Numbered from the stretch's first letter, positions 19,113 through 30,858 are shown. The stretch is DNA of 64,000 nt from an uncultured Elusimicrobium sp. (GCA_947305555.1 CAMZDW010000003.1:4856-68855), one strand, 5' to 3'. The notes: generated by a model not told the origin, from the sequence alone. Numbers and translations are program-made.

Positions 19113-19790
19113 TCAGAATTGAGCCTTAAATACAAGCGATACATAATTGCGTTCCGGATTGGTATCCACTACATGACCGCCGACCAAATACGTTAAATCT
19201 TGGTAATTATGCTCAAAGGCATTATACCGGGCTTCAATACCCCAGGTCACATTGTTGTTTGTTTCAAACTCCAAGCCAATCCCGGCATACCAACTAAAAG
19301 AAGAATCATAGCTTTCCGCTTGGTACATGTCATAATCATCCCACTTATATCTCATTCTTCCTTCGGAAAGCGCAATCCCGGCACCAAAAGGAATATAGAG
19401 CCGCAAGGATGAACCAGGGTTAAGGTTAATTCGTCCAATACCCATAATATGCATGGTATGCATTTCAAAATCCGTCTCAAACGTATGCCAATACCACCGA
19501 CCGGGGACGTCTTCAAAACTTTCGCTCCCTTGGAAACCAGCATAGTGTATATCCGCCCCAAGGCCCAAATAAGGGGATACAAAATACAAATAAGATAATC
19601 CGGCATCTCCGCCGATATTTCCCCATGATAAATTTTGCCCATCTACTTCCATCCCCGATTTTTGCAGTGCCGACCCAAGACCCATGTAGAAATTTGCCAC
19701 CGATTCTCCCCCCTCAATGCCTTGAGCCATGCTTTTGCCAGAGCAAAAACACATTCCAACCATTATCAACAACATCAGTATCTTTTTCAT
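19113..19790 (-). CDS. Outer-membrane beta-barrel protein (OmpA-like transmembrane domain)
   Basis: Signal peptide, alternating aromatic/Gly strands (YIPFGAG, WYAGIGLEF, GIEARY), C-terminal Phe. Confidence 0.8.
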   Translation of the reverse strand: MKKILMLLIMVGMCFCSGKSMAQGIEGGESVANFYMGLGSALQKSGMEVDGQNLSWGNIGGDAGLSYLYFVSPYLGLGADIHYAGFQGSESFEDVPGRWYWHTFETDFEMHTMHIMGIGRINLNPGSSLRLYIPFGAGIALSEGRMRYKWDDYDMYQAESYDSSFSWYAGIGLEFETNNNVTWGIEARYNAFEHNYQDLTYLVGGHVVDTNPERNYVSLVFKAQF

Positions 19791-19930
19791 AATAAGCTCC
19801 TGAGGGGAAAGATTTGTTTAATATGCTTTACTGCTGTGTAATTAAACATCCCGGTTATATATAAAAAACACATTTACAAAAAAGATTATTGCACCCAGGC
19901 AGTTACGTGATAATTTGCTAAAATAACAAT

Positions 19931-20803
19931 ATGATACTGGAAGGAAGAACCTTAGCTTCACAAATTTGTACTCATCTAAAAGACCGAGCTGCCGCCGTAC
20001 AGAAACAGCTTGGCCGTGCTATTTCGTTGGCTGCTATCGGTTCAACCGAAGACTACGGGGCTCACGTTTACCTTAAAAAAGAGGTAGCCGCCGCAGAAAA
20101 AATTGGAATCAAAACCCAAATTTTTGAAATAAATAATCAAACCCAAACCCACGATTTTTTGACACTAGTAGAAAAATTATCCGCTGATACACAAGTAGAT
20201 GCTATCTTGATTCCGCGTCCGTTGCCCGATCATTTAGCCGCCACCGATTATGCAAGCCGTTTGGCGCCTCAAAAGGATATTGATGGCATGTCGGCAGACA
20301 ACATGGGTCGTTTATTCCTCTGCAAAACATGGGCGGAAATTGAAGCGCTTCCCGGCTTTGTCCCGTGTACCGCGTTGGCAGTGATCCGACTGCTTTGCCA
20401 CTATCAATTCCAGTTGGAAGGAGCCGCCGTTACTGTCATCGGTCGAAGTAGTACCGTAGGCCGTCCGTTGGCCCATTTGCTCACGTGCCAAAACGCTACC
20501 GTAACTCTTTGCCACACCAAAACCGATTTGCCACGCGCCGTAAAAGATGCAGACCTCGTCTGCTGTGCGGCCGGACAACCCGAACTGTTAAAAACAAGCT
20601 GGCTAAAACCCGGCGCTACTATCATTGATATTTCCACAAACTGGTATCACGAAAGATTATGTGGCGATGCAAATGAAGCTGAGCTTGCTCAGAAAAATTT
20701 TTCCTACTCACCCGTTCCTGGGGGAGTAGGCCCAGTAACTCTTGCCGTACTGCTGGAAAACTTGGTACTATCTGGTGAGAGGAAATGTAAGGAGACCCTA
20801 TGA
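19931..20803 (+). CDS. folD: Methylene-THF dehydrogenase/cyclohydrolase
   Basis: KDIDG, PCTA, IGRS..VGRP, ATVTLCH, PVPGGVGPVT. Confidence 0.92.
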   Translation: MILEGRTLASQICTHLKDRAAAVQKQLGRAISLAAIGSTEDYGAHVYLKKEVAAAEKIGIKTQIFEINNQTQTHDFLTLVEKLSADTQVDAILIPRPLPDHLAATDYASRLAPQKDIDGMSADNMGRLFLCKTWAEIEALPGFVPCTALAVIRLLCHYQFQLEGAAVTVIGRSSTVGRPLAHLLTCQNATVTLCHTKTDLPRAVKDADLVCCAAGQPELLKTSWLKPGATIIDISTNWYHERLCGDANEAELAQKNFSYSPVPGGVGPVTLAVLLENLVLSGERKCKETL

Positions 20804-21213
20804 AAATAACCATTAAAATCCTTGTTTTACTGTTGTGTGTAGGCTTGATGAGCGCGTGCACCAATGCACAAAAAAAAGAAAAATATAATCGTAAAATTTA
20901 CCTCACAGAACAAGACTATTTAGATGACTTAGGTGAAGAAGCCGTGAAAGAACGACGCGAAACGCAACCGTTGGTAGAATCGGAATATATTTTTAATGCT
21001 GTGCCTGAAACCGATAAAGCAGTGTATTTCTTTGATGAACGTCAACGACCCAAAGTTCCCGGGCAACCCAGCGATGCTGATTATAAACGTGAAAAACGAT
21101 TGTGGGAAAAACCCAAACGCTATACCCCGGAACAATATTACGGTATGCAGGGGCCAGCCGAAGAATCCAGCAGTAGTAGTTCTTCTTCGTATTCAAGCTC
21201 CTACGATTATTAA
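20800..21213 (+). CDS. Hypothetical lipoprotein with a Ser-rich tail
   Basis: Lipobox MSAC and C-terminal SSSSSSSSYSSSYDY. Confidence 0.7.
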   Translation: MKITIKILVLLLCVGLMSACTNAQKKEKYNRKIYLTEQDYLDDLGEEAVKERRETQPLVESEYIFNAVPETDKAVYFFDERQRPKVPGQPSDADYKREKRLWEKPKRYTPEQYYGMQGPAEESSSSSSSSYSSSYDY

Positions 21214-21227
21214 TGCTTACATTTCAC

Positions 21228-21260
21228 AAAAAACCTCCACCCATCCGGTGGAGGTTTTTT
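21228..21260. terminator. Bidirectional terminator
   Basis: AAAAAACCTCCACC...GGTGGAGGTTTTTT. Confidence 0.85.
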
Positions 21261-21951
21261 ATTGGAACAATTCCAAACAATCTGTAAAGATACCATCTAC
21301 CCCCTGCGTGGCTAATTGTTGTGCCAGGGGGATTTCGTTAACTGTATAGCAATACAGCAAAAGATGATGTTCCTTGCAAGATTGGATAAGGGAAGGCGTA
21401 AGCCGGGAAAAATTAAGATGAAGGCTTTCTGCTTTTAGAAGCAACGCTTGGGAAACATCTCCCGTTCGCGTTAAAAGCCCTATACGCACATTTTCTGATA
21501 AACGGCGCAGTCGCACCAAGGTTTCATAATCAAAGCTGGAAAAAAGTGTTTTTGACAAAATTTGCGGATATTCTTGCAGACAAAGAAACAACTTCTTTTC
21601 AATTTCCGGATAACGGTTACCCTCGTTTTTAATTTCGATATTGAGTAGCTCCAAATTAGGACTAACTACCTGCAAAACCTCTTTTAAAAGCGGCACAAAT
21701 ACAAACTCATTTGAAAAACGATTTTTGAGCGGAATTTTTTTTAGTTCTTCCGCCGTTAAAGAGGCTATATCTACATCCACTCCGGCCGTATCCAGCAGCG
21801 AATAATCATGATGAACCGCTAATTGTCCGTCCGCAGTTAAGTGCACATCCAGTTCATAATGCCGAGCGCCGAGCTCTCGCGCCTTTTCAAATGCGCGAAG
21901 TGTATTTTGAACAGCTAGCGAACTGGCACCGCGGTGGGCAAAATAAATCAT
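21259..21951 (-). CDS. Glycerophosphodiester phosphodiesterase
   Basis: AHRG, ELDVHLTADG..AVHHD, NIEIK, GVDGIFTD. Confidence 0.92.
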   Translation of the reverse strand: MIYFAHRGASSLAVQNTLRAFEKARELGARHYELDVHLTADGQLAVHHDYSLLDTAGVDVDIASLTAEELKKIPLKNRFSNEFVFVPLLKEVLQVVSPNLELLNIEIKNEGNRYPEIEKKLFLCLQEYPQILSKTLFSSFDYETLVRLRRLSENVRIGLLTRTGDVSQALLLKAESLHLNFSRLTPSLIQSCKEHHLLLYCYTVNEIPLAQQLATQGVDGIFTDCLELFQ

Positions 21952-21990
21952 AGCTATAGTGTAGAAAAATAGGATTTATTGAGCAACAAA

Positions 21991-22018
21991 AAGGGAATGG
22001 CTTTTTAACCATTCCCTT
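21991..22018 (-). terminator. Terminator after mscL
   Basis: AAGGGAATGG...CCATTCCCTT stem. Confidence 0.7.
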
Positions 22019-22038
22019 GTGTATATATCCCCTAAATA

Positions 22039-22500
22039 CTATTTAATTTCGCTCGTGCAGTGGGGGCAGCGAGTAGCTTCAATAGCAATTTCACTGCAGC
22101 AGAACGGGCATTTCTTCGTCGTCGGAGCGGCGGCCGGAGCCGGTTTGGGAGCATTCAATTTGTTAATGGCTTTAATCAACAAAAACACACAGAATGCTAC
22201 AATGACAAAGCTAATAATCGCATTTAAAAATAAACCTAAGTTCAGCGTAGTAGCACCGGCTTCTTGAGCGGCAGCCATGGTGGCAAATTCGCGCACGCCG
22301 TCGGCACCTGGTTTAATCACTACAAACCAATTTGAAAAATCTACTTTCCCCAAGAGAAGCCCCAACGGCGGCATTAATACATCTGCTACCATGGAGTTTA
22401 CAATCTTTGTAAACGCACCACCGATGATGATACCAACTGCCATATCAATCACGTTACCGCGCATAATGAATTTTTTAAATTCATTTGCCATTTCTTTCAT
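22039..22500 (-). CDS. mscL: Large-conductance mechanosensitive channel with a C-terminal zinc ribbon
   Basis: EFKKFIMRGNVIDMAVGIIIGGAF; CPFC...CPHC tail. Confidence 0.95.
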   Translation of the reverse strand: MKEMANEFKKFIMRGNVIDMAVGIIIGGAFTKIVNSMVADVLMPPLGLLLGKVDFSNWFVVIKPGADGVREFATMAAAQEAGATTLNLGLFLNAIISFVIVAFCVFLLIKAINKLNAPKPAPAAAPTTKKCPFCCSEIAIEATRCPHCTSEIK

Positions 22501-22501
22501 A

Positions 22502-23221
22502 CTATTTTTCTCCTTTTGTTTTGTAACCTACCGCTTGAAAAAGCGGTGCATATAAATCATCCTTCATAGGATATTTTATTTCATTTTCGGCAACAATGTC
22601 TACAAATTCCACCGGGGAATGGTCAATTACCGCGAGAGGACATTGATCAGCAGCCTCTCCCATCTCTAACGCCGCCGCAGTAGCTAACGAATCCGCCACA
22701 TTGACTAGCGTAACTTGTAGCTTTTTGCCAAATAAATCCGGTCTTCCTCTTAAATCACGCACGCCTTTGAATCCGGCATAAGCAACGGCCCCGGCAATGA
22801 CACCGGCACGTAGTGGTAAAATAAGACTATCTGTTACTACAATCCCTAATTTTTTAATGTGCCAAGCTCGGCACAAATCGCAACGCAATGTTTCCGCCAA
22901 TGCGTAGCTATCAGCCGGCAAAAAGAGTAATTGGCCATCGGCATTTGATTCATCAATTCCGGCATTTGTCATAACCATGCCATCTTTGACTGTTAACCAC
23001 GCCAATTTCGTTTGGAGGGCGAATTCACTTTCCTGCTTGATAAAGACTTCTTTTTGTGCCTTATTTTCATACGGGATTATTTTCCCCTTCCACAATGCAA
23101 ACAATTTAGAAGCAATTGCCAGCACCGTGCCCTCTTGCACTTGGGGCACATGCTCTAAGATGAAATTCGGCAAATCTTCGCGCGCTTGAAATAAACGCGT
23201 CTTGATGGCAGTTACTTGCAT
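22502..23221 (-). CDS. CofE-like gamma-glutamate ligase (F420-0:L-glutamate ligase family; probably folate polyglutamylation)
   Basis: ASK, NAGIDESN, TDS..PLR.G, D.RG..DLFG, D.LA.AA..MGE. Confidence 0.85.
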   Translation of the reverse strand: MQVTAIKTRLFQAREDLPNFILEHVPQVQEGTVLAIASKLFALWKGKIIPYENKAQKEVFIKQESEFALQTKLAWLTVKDGMVMTNAGIDESNADGQLLFLPADSYALAETLRCDLCRAWHIKKLGIVVTDSLILPLRAGVIAGAVAYAGFKGVRDLRGRPDLFGKKLQVTLVNVADSLATAAALEMGEAADQCPLAVIDHSPVEFVDIVAENEIKYPMKDDLYAPLFQAVGYKTKGEK

Positions 23222-24321
23222 ATACTTTCAAATGGAGCTACAAAACTACAAAAAACTTCATTGGCTAAAAATAGCCCCTCCTCTGTTAATTTTACTTTTT
23301 TGCCTACTCGTTCCAAAAGCCCCTGCTCAATGTGATTCTTAATCTCTGATTCAAAAAAGGAAAGTTGTTTTTCGGTAGGCGCAACTCCGTCTAATTGGCG
23401 CAAGGCGAGTAGTAACTTTTCTCCCTCCAAGGCTTGTCCTTCTAATTTTTCCTGAAAATCTACCGGGCTTTGACCGGATTTTATCCGTCGGATATATTCC
23501 TCTAAATTTGGTACATTTTGTTTACGCACTCCCTCAATAAAAGAAGCGGCCGAACTCCCCAAACCAATATATTCCCCGTATTGCCAGTAGTGCGTATTAT
23601 GTTTTGCTTCAAAACCCGGACGTGCAAAATTGGAAATTTCGTAGTGATGAAACCCAGCCGCCAACAAACAGGCACGTGTTTCTTCTAACATCCGGCGCAT
23701 GAGTAACTGATCGCAAACCACACCTCGCTCAAAAAAAGGAGTCCCTTCCTCAATTTGAAGGCCGTAAACTGATAAGTGCTGTGGTTGTAATGAAAGGACG
23801 TGCTGTAAACTCGTCAGAAAACTAGCCAACGTTTGCCCCGGGATACCGGCTATTAAATCGATATTAATATTTTGGAAACCTACTTGACGTGCTGTTTCAT
23901 ACGCACGTAAAAAATCACCTTGTGTATGGATGCGACCCAACGTTTGGAGTTCCCTATCATGAAAACTTTGCAACCCCATACTTAGGCGGTTAAATCCGGC
24001 TTTTTTTAAAAAGATTAATTTTTCCTCAGTTAAGCTCTCCGGATTAGCTTCAAAAGTGCTTTCGTAAAAATGGGAGATTGCGCCAAAACAATTTTCGATC
24101 CCTTGCGTTAATTGTTCCAACAATTCCACCGGTAACAGGCTGGGTGTCCCGCCGCCGATATACAATGTTTCAAATTGATGGACGGGGCTATTTTTCGCTT
24201 CTGCTAAAAGGGCAGAGACATAATCTTTCATTAAAATTTCCCGTCCGGCAAAAGAAGCAAAATCGCAATAATTACACTTCTGTTTGCAAAACGGGATATG
24301 AAGATACAAACCGGTTTTCAT
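23212..24321 (-). CDS. hemW: Radical SAM heme chaperone HemW (HemN-like)
   Basis: YLHIPFC...C.YCDF, GGGTPS, EANP, YEISNF, HN..YW. Confidence 0.88.
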   Translation of the reverse strand: MKTGLYLHIPFCKQKCNYCDFASFAGREILMKDYVSALLAEAKNSPVHQFETLYIGGGTPSLLPVELLEQLTQGIENCFGAISHFYESTFEANPESLTEEKLIFLKKAGFNRLSMGLQSFHDRELQTLGRIHTQGDFLRAYETARQVGFQNINIDLIAGIPGQTLASFLTSLQHVLSLQPQHLSVYGLQIEEGTPFFERGVVCDQLLMRRMLEETRACLLAAGFHHYEISNFARPGFEAKHNTHYWQYGEYIGLGSSAASFIEGVRKQNVPNLEEYIRRIKSGQSPVDFQEKLEGQALEGEKLLLALRQLDGVAPTEKQLSFFESEIKNHIEQGLLERVGKKVKLTEEGLFLANEVFCSFVAPFESICK

Positions 24322-25439
24322 TATTTTTTATTTTCGGCTTCGTAATTTAGAAATGCTAAGATAAACGGATCTAAATCGCCATCCATCACGGCCTCAATTT
24401 GAGACGTTTCGTACCCGCTGCGTAAATCTTTTACTAATTGATACGGCATAAATACGTATGAGCGAATTTGGTGTCCCCAAGCTATTTCCCCTTTCTGTCC
24501 ATAGCGTTTTTCGGCCTCGCTGCGTTTTTTATCCATCTCCAACTCGTAAAGTTTGGCCTTTAACATTTTCATCGCTGTTTGGCGGTTTTGTAATTGGCTA
24601 CGTTCAATGCGGCAAGAAACCACTATGCCCGTTGGAATATGTAGCAAGCGCACTGCGCTTTCTACTTTGTTTACGTTTTGGCCGCCGTGACCGCCGGCAC
24701 GAGAGGTTTCCAGCTCAATGTCTTTTTCCGGAATTTCTATATTGATGTCTTCATCGATGTCCGGTAATACATCACACGAGGCAAAAGAAGTATGTCGCCG
24801 GGCGTTCGCGTCAAAGGGCGAAACCCGCACCAAACGGTGGACACCGTTTTCCCCCTTTAAGTAACCATATGCAAAGGGTCCTTCCACCATTGCAGAAAGA
24901 GTTTTAATCCCGGCTTCGTCCCCGGGTTGAGAATCTAGAATTTTGAATTTAAAACCGTGCTGTTCAGCCCAGCGTGTATACATACGCGCAAGCATTTGTG
25001 CCCAATCGCACGATTCTGTACCGCCGGCACCAGCGTGAATGGTTAAAATAGCATTTAATTTATCATTCGGATGCGACAGACGAATTTCCCCTTCCTTCTG
25101 GGCCACTTGTTTTTCCGTTTCTTTTAATGAATCCGACAACGAAACAAGTTCCGTTTCGTCTTGCATTTCTTTACACAATTCAAATAAAGTTTGGGCATCC
25201 TCTATTTTTTTTTGGAGGGCGTGAAACGTGGTAATGGCTGTTTTTAAAAAATCAATTTGCCGGTTTACTTCTTTCGCTTTTTGCGTATCATTCCAAAAAC
25301 TGGGATCCGCAGCTACATGCTCCAGGTTCGCCAGTTCCTTTTGTTTGCCAGGGACATCATCAATCGTTTCAATTTTAGCGATACGGGCAGATAATTGTTC
25401 CAGTTGTTGTTCTACATCTTTAAATTCAACATTATTCAT
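24321..25439 (-). CDS. prfB: Peptide chain release factor 2, single reading frame
   Basis: [13 protein letters not shown] anticodon motif, [11 protein letters not shown]. Confidence 0.95.
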   Translation of the reverse strand: MNNVEFKDVEQQLEQLSARIAKIETIDDVPGKQKELANLEHVAADPSFWNDTQKAKEVNRQIDFLKTAITTFHALQKKIEDAQTLFELCKEMQDETELVSLSDSLKETEKQVAQKEGEIRLSHPNDKLNAILTIHAGAGGTESCDWAQMLARMYTRWAEQHGFKFKILDSQPGDEAGIKTLSAMVEGPFAYGYLKGENGVHRLVRVSPFDANARRHTSFASCDVLPDIDEDINIEIPEKDIELETSRAGGHGGQNVNKVESAVRLLHIPTGIVVSCRIERSQLQNRQTAMKMLKAKLYELEMDKKRSEAEKRYGQKGEIAWGHQIRSYVFMPYQLVKDLRSGYETSQIEAVMDGDLDPFILAFLNYEAENKK

Positions 25440-27060
25440 ACGCAAATACCATGGTGGAAATTAATAAAGTAAAAAATATAGCCGCACAAATCCACGCGAA
25501 CCAATCTCCCCATTGGACATAAAATGTCACATCTTCTCCAAGAGCAATGGGTACGTCAGTACGTATAATTTCGCGCGTAAAAAGTCCGCTCTTTTTTTCA
25601 ATTTTCCCCACCGGATTAATCACTGCGGAAAAACCGGTATTGGCCGCACGTAAGACAGGTCGCCCCGTTTCAACCGCACGTACCACATTGGCGGCTAAAT
25701 GTTGATATGGCGCAGCTGTATCAAAAAACCAAGCATCATTGGTGATGTTCGTAAATAATTTAGCTCCGTTCTTAGCTTGATTCTGCCAAATCTGCGGATA
25801 AATAGATTCATAACAAATGGTGCTACCCAGCGGAACCCCATTAATATCAAGCAAATTTTGGCTTTTATCTCCAGGGACAAAACTCCCTAACTCTCCAAGG
25901 ACTTCTACTTGAGGAAATACCTTTTGAAGCCACGAAGAAAATGGAACAAACTCTCCAAATGGTACCAATTTAATTTTTTGGTACATCTGCCATTGCTGGG
26001 AATGGGGTGGCAGTAAATAGGCTCCCACATATTGGTCAGGATCCCCGGGGATAGCCGAACCTACCAATTGAAAAGAATTTGTTTGGTCCGCCGAGTTTTG
26101 GAATAAAGAAGCATATTTTTCTTCCGTTAGTGGGCCTGGGGATACACTCTCCGGCCATATCGTCAGCAACGCCTCATTTTCTTGCAACTCCTGACTCATG
26201 TTAGTCAGCGTATCTTCAATTTCGGCTTCGTATGCCTCATCCCATTTTTTATACTGGTCAATATTGGGTTGCATAAGCGCCGCCGACACACTTAGTAAAG
26301 ACTTGCTGTTAGCAAATTGAGCAAAGTGATTTAATCGGTAATGTCCAAAGCCATAAACAGAGAAGAAAATGCCTAATGTTAAAAGTAAACTCCCCGTTAT
26401 TTTTTTCACAGAAGGACTCGATAACGCCCAACCCAATTGGGTACCCACCCAAGCCAAGGCAAAGCTAAGCCCGTATACACCCGTTAGGGAAACTAGCTGT
26501 AACGTTGGCAAAAAGTTCCATTGGCTTCCCCCTAACATAAACCAAGGAAAGCCCACCCCGTAAAAAGCAATAACTTGGTGCAACCATTCCAAAGCCACCC
26601 AACCACAGGCCGCTAATATGGGGAAAAAGGAACCCGTCTTTTTTAGGAAGTAACAACTCCCGCCAAAAATAGCCATCTGGATTGCCAATAAAGCACTGAG
26701 GCCCAACCACGCTGCAAGCGATAAACCACTAGACATTCCGCCGCCATGCACACAGGTATAATACACCCAATCCAGTGCCAACGCATGGAAACAAAGCGAA
26801 GTAAACCAACCATAAAAACAAGAAGCCCAAAATCCACGGATCTTTACCAGTCCCCAAATAAAAGGGATCAGGGCAATCCAGGCCAATCCCGGCCTAGCAA
26901 GCCGTGGAAAGCTGGCATACAACAACCCAGCCGTAAGCAACGAACAAAACAACAAAAAAGCTACCCAGCCAACGGCCTTCATCGTTTTTTTAAAAAGTGA
27001 ATCAGATGAATTCTGCGGTTTCTCTTGAGTAGCTTCTATCGCTGCGTAATTACGTTGCAT
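25432..27060 (-). CDS. lnt: Apolipoprotein N-acyltransferase
   Basis: GFPW, QPNI, WPES, KLVPFGE, ICYE, NDAWF, RAANTG. Confidence 0.93.
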   Translation of the reverse strand: MQRNYAAIEATQEKPQNSSDSLFKKTMKAVGWVAFLLFCSLLTAGLLYASFPRLARPGLAWIALIPFIWGLVKIRGFWASCFYGWFTSLCFHALALDWVYYTCVHGGGMSSGLSLAAWLGLSALLAIQMAIFGGSCYFLKKTGSFFPILAACGWVALEWLHQVIAFYGVGFPWFMLGGSQWNFLPTLQLVSLTGVYGLSFALAWVGTQLGWALSSPSVKKITGSLLLTLGIFFSVYGFGHYRLNHFAQFANSKSLLSVSAALMQPNIDQYKKWDEAYEAEIEDTLTNMSQELQENEALLTIWPESVSPGPLTEEKYASLFQNSADQTNSFQLVGSAIPGDPDQYVGAYLLPPHSQQWQMYQKIKLVPFGEFVPFSSWLQKVFPQVEVLGELGSFVPGDKSQNLLDINGVPLGSTICYESIYPQIWQNQAKNGAKLFTNITNDAWFFDTAAPYQHLAANVVRAVETGRPVLRAANTGFSAVINPVGKIEKKSGLFTREIIRTDVPIALGEDVTFYVQWGDWFAWICAAIFFTLLISTMVFAYE

Positions 27061-27066
27061 AACGAA

Positions 27067-27495
27067 TTAGTACACTATTTTGCAAGTCTTATTCCGACAA
27101 ACAGCATGCGCTGATGGGCTGCATTCACGCAGCTGCGAAGGCTCCTTGTCCGGGCAAGCCTTAAGCTGTTTGCTTTGCTTTTCACTAAATTCAAGCATAT
27201 AATTAACATTAATAGCCGTTACGCCAGAAGGTCCCACCAAACAACCACAAGGATCTTTGTCTACGATTACACAATCATCATTGCTTTGACAGGCAACTGA
27301 CCGACGAACAAAAGCTCTCTCAGCCGATACATGCGCTTTCTTTTGAGCAGCTTCTTCTATGGCGGTTATTTCTTGCTCATTCAGTTCCGGCAAATTTACT
27401 TCAATGGGCCGTTCTTTTGCAAAAAACACCGGGATTAATCCTAACAAAATAACACTAAATGCAATATAGGCTGTATTTTTTATTTTATTTTTCAT
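27067..27495 (-). CDS. Membrane-anchored Cys-rich hypothetical protein
   Basis: One N-terminal TM helix, 8 Cys, ATGA overlap with the secA stop. Confidence 0.7.
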   Translation of the reverse strand: MKNKIKNTAYIAFSVILLGLIPVFFAKERPIEVNLPELNEQEITAIEEAAQKKAHVSAERAFVRRSVACQSNDDCVIVDKDPCGCLVGPSGVTAINVNYMLEFSEKQSKQLKACPDKEPSQLRECSPSAHAVCRNKTCKIVY

Positions 27496-30086
27496 AAGTT
27501 TGCTCCACAACATTTTTTATATTTTTTGCCGCTTCCGCAAGGGCACGGATCATTTCGGCCAATATTTTTGGAAACCGGCTTTTGTCCTTTTGGCGCGTTT
27601 TTGGCTGCCTCATCTTGCACGCGTTGTGCCGGGGTACGGCGCGGCGGCAATTGGAGGCGGAAGATATAACTGACCATTAAATCACGGACTCGGTTTAACA
27701 TAGATGAATACAGTTTGTATGACTCTTTCTGATATTCTATCAACGGATCTTTTTGCGCATATCCACGCAAGCTGACACTATTTTGTAACTGGTCCAGTTC
27801 ATACAAATTTTGTTTCCATGCGTTGTCTAAAAGTTGCAAGAGGAGCATCCGTTCAATTTCGTTAAAATTAATTCCTTGCTCCGTAAAATACAACACGCGT
27901 TCGTGGTAGAGTTCCTTTACTTTTTCAATAATTTCATCAGCAAAAGCCTGTTGCGATTTACGACCAACTTTTTCTGCTGTGTAAGAAAATTCAGCGGGAA
28001 AGAAATTGCGTAAACTGACATTGAGTGATTCAAAATCACTTTTTTGCGGATGAGACGGATGGTAATATTGCTCTACTAAATCATCCACCACTTCTTCCAT
28101 CATTTGGATGGATTTTTCCGTCATATTTTCACCATCTAAGATTGCATTTCTCAAGCCGTAAATGGCAGTACGCTGCTGATTCATTACTTTATCGTAGTCT
28201 AACAGTTGTTTACGAATATCAAAGTTGCGTCCTTCTACCATCCGCTGCGCTCCTTCAATTTGGCGCGTCATCAAACGAGATTCAATGGCTTCTCCTTCTT
28301 TCATTCCCATCCGGCTCAAGATGGCAGAAATTTTTGTGGTATTGGCAAATAACCGCATTAGTTCATCATCTAGCGAAATGTAAAACCGCGAGCAGCCCGG
28401 ATCTCCTTGGCGCGCACAACGACCGCGCAACTGATTATCAATACGACGAGATTCATGCCGTTCGCTACCAATAACGTGTAACCCACCCAACGCAACAACT
28501 TCCTCTTGCTCTTGCGGATCTGCCGGACTACCGCCTAGCACAATATCCGTACCACGACCTGCCATGTTGGTCGCAATCGTTACAGCTCCCTTACGGCCGG
28601 CTTGGCTGATAATTTGGGCTTCCATTTCGTGATATTTCGCATTCAAAACTTTATGCGGAATGCCACGCGATTGCAGCATGTGGCTTAATTTTTCTGACTT
28701 TTCAATGGAACGAGTCCCCACCAGAACAGGAGTGCCCTTTTTCCATAATTCTTCTACTTCATCCGCAATAGCCTTAAATTTCTCGCGTTCCGTTAAATAC
28801 ACCAAATCAGGGAAATCTTTACGTTTGGAAGGACGATTAGGACGAATTTCCACTACGTCTAATTTATAAATTTGCCAAAACTCGTTGGCTTCTGTCATAG
28901 CGGTACCGGTCATACCGGAAAGTTTTTTGTATAGTTTGAAGAAATTCTGAAAGGTAATGGTGGCTAACGTCTGGTTTTCTTCTTTAATCTGCAACCCTTC
29001 TTTCGCTTCCACAGCCTGGTGCAATCCATCACTCCAGCGGCGGCCTGGCATCAACCGACCGGTAAATTCATCGACGATAACGACCTCGCCATCCTTTACC
29101 ACGTAATCCACATCCCGTTCATATAAGTGATGTGCGCGTAACGCTTGGTTAATGTGGTGCACCCATTCGGATTGGACATCATTGTAAAGGTTGGATACGT
29201 TCAAAAACTTCTCTGCTTTGGCAATCCCGGTATCCGTAAGCGTGGCCGTATGCGCCTTCTCGTCAATAATAGCATCGTACCCTTCATCCAAGTTAATCCC
29301 TTCGTACTTAGCTTTTACTTCATCTTTTTCGGTAATTAAACGTACTTTTAGGGAAGGTATAAGTCTATTGACAATGTAATATTTGTCCGTGCTTTGTTCG
29401 GACGGACCGGAAATGATAAGCGGCGTACGGGCTTCATCAATTAAGATAGAGTCTACTTCGTCCACAATACAATAGTTTAGTGGCCGCAAAACCCGTTCTT
29501 CCCGAGAAATCACCATATTATCACGCAAATAATCAAATCCCAGTTCGTTATTGGTTACGTACGTAATATCTTTGCTGTACATTTCCCGACGTTCAGTATT
29601 ATTCATATCGTGGTTAATATATCCCACGGTTAAACCTAAAAATTCATGAATAGGGCCCATCCATTGGCGGTCGCGCTTGGCCAAATAATCGTTCACGGTA
29701 ACTACGTGTACTCCTTTGCCCGTTAACGCATTTAAATACGAAGGAAGCACCGCTACAAGCGTTTTCCCTTCCCCGGTGCCCATTTCGGCAATTTTACCTT
29801 GATGCAATACAATACCGCCCAGCATTTGCACGTCATAAGGCCGAAGACCAATCACCCGCTTGGCTGCTAAACGAACTACTGCAAAAGCCTCCGAAAGGAT
29901 TTCATCTAACGTCTGCCCTTGAGCTAAACGGTTCTTAAATTCCTGCGTTTTAGCTTTAAGTTCTTCATCCGTTAATTTTTCAAATTCTTCGGTAAAACGG
30001 TTTGCCGCATCCACATAATGCTGAATTTTCTTTAAATCACGTTCACTTTTTGTTCCAAAAATTTTATCAATCACAGTTCTTAACAT
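27492..30086 (-). CDS. secA: Preprotein translocase SecA
   Basis: [35 protein letters not shown]-terminal [19 protein letters not shown]. Confidence 0.97.
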   Translation of the reverse strand: MLRTVIDKIFGTKSERDLKKIQHYVDAANRFTEEFEKLTDEELKAKTQEFKNRLAQGQTLDEILSEAFAVVRLAAKRVIGLRPYDVQMLGGIVLHQGKIAEMGTGEGKTLVAVLPSYLNALTGKGVHVVTVNDYLAKRDRQWMGPIHEFLGLTVGYINHDMNNTERREMYSKDITYVTNNELGFDYLRDNMVISREERVLRPLNYCIVDEVDSILIDEARTPLIISGPSEQSTDKYYIVNRLIPSLKVRLITEKDEVKAKYEGINLDEGYDAIIDEKAHTATLTDTGIAKAEKFLNVSNLYNDVQSEWVHHINQALRAHHLYERDVDYVVKDGEVVIVDEFTGRLMPGRRWSDGLHQAVEAKEGLQIKEENQTLATITFQNFFKLYKKLSGMTGTAMTEANEFWQIYKLDVVEIRPNRPSKRKDFPDLVYLTEREKFKAIADEVEELWKKGTPVLVGTRSIEKSEKLSHMLQSRGIPHKVLNAKYHEMEAQIISQAGRKGAVTIATNMAGRGTDIVLGGSPADPQEQEEVVALGGLHVIGSERHESRRIDNQLRGRCARQGDPGCSRFYISLDDELMRLFANTTKISAILSRMGMKEGEAIESRLMTRQIEGAQRMVEGRNFDIRKQLLDYDKVMNQQRTAIYGLRNAILDGENMTEKSIQMMEEVVDDLVEQYYHPSHPQKSDFESLNVSLRNFFPAEFSYTAEKVGRKSQQAFADEIIEKVKELYHERVLYFTEQGINFNEIERMLLLQLLDNAWKQNLYELDQLQNSVSLRGYAQKDPLIEYQKESYKLYSSMLNRVRDLMVSYIFRLQLPPRRTPAQRVQDEAAKNAPKGQKPVSKNIGRNDPCPCGSGKKYKKCCGANL

Positions 30087-30147
30087 AATTTCTTCCTTAA
30101 CATTAAAATAATAGCAGATAATCAAACTCCCTCTACGGGATTAGCTA

Positions 30148-30858
30148 TTATTTGGCGACTGGTTTCTTATGGTTTGTTTTGATATGTAAATTGGGAGCCT
30201 GCAAGGCAGAATCGTTCTGTTTGCGAGCGGCAGATAATTGACGAGAATACAAGTCGTTTCCCAATTGCACGTCTACTTGTGATAAGTAGGCGTCTGTATT
30301 GGCAAGAATTGTTTCGCCGGCTTGTTTTTTGAGGGCCGCAATTTCACTTTTTAATGATTGAACTTGCGTTTGAAGGGCCTGTTTATCCTCAGCGGTCCCT
30401 TTTTCTTTATTATGTGCACGCAATTGTTGTTTCAATTGATCCAACTGCCACTGACGCACTTGGACGGAAACCACCCAAATATCCGTCATGACCTCTTTTA
30501 ATTCTTGCCGATACGCATCGCGCACTCCCTGTTCGGCTTGGCCGGACATTTTGGACAATGTCATGCTCTTTTTATAATTTTGTGTAAGTGCTTGTAAGCG
30601 GAGTGAATTTTCAAAATTGCGAATCCCCGCTATTACAGTCGCTTGATTGTTCAATGTGTCTGGTAAACGGTAGGAACGAACAAATGCTTCTAAAATAGCT
30701 TGATAGTTGGTATCGGTTTTTGCTTTTTCCAATACAGAGGGATTATATTGAGCAAAAAGGTCAAGCACCTGCTCGCGCGAAAGCAACGCCGGTTCTGTTT
30801 GCGCATACAAGGCAGAACTAAGTGCAATGGAAGCAATTAAAAAAAGTCCCCGTTTCAT
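30148..30858 (-). CDS. Secreted helical/coiled-coil hypothetical protein
   Basis: Signal peptide MKRGLFLIASIALSSALYA; SD GAGGGG upstream. Confidence 0.65.
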   Translation of the reverse strand: MKRGLFLIASIALSSALYAQTEPALLSREQVLDLFAQYNPSVLEKAKTDTNYQAILEAFVRSYRLPDTLNNQATVIAGIRNFENSLRLQALTQNYKKSMTLSKMSGQAEQGVRDAYRQELKEVMTDIWVVSVQVRQWQLDQLKQQLRAHNKEKGTAEDKQALQTQVQSLKSEIAALKKQAGETILANTDAYLSQVDVQLGNDLYSRQLSAARKQNDSALQAPNLHIKTNHKKPVAK

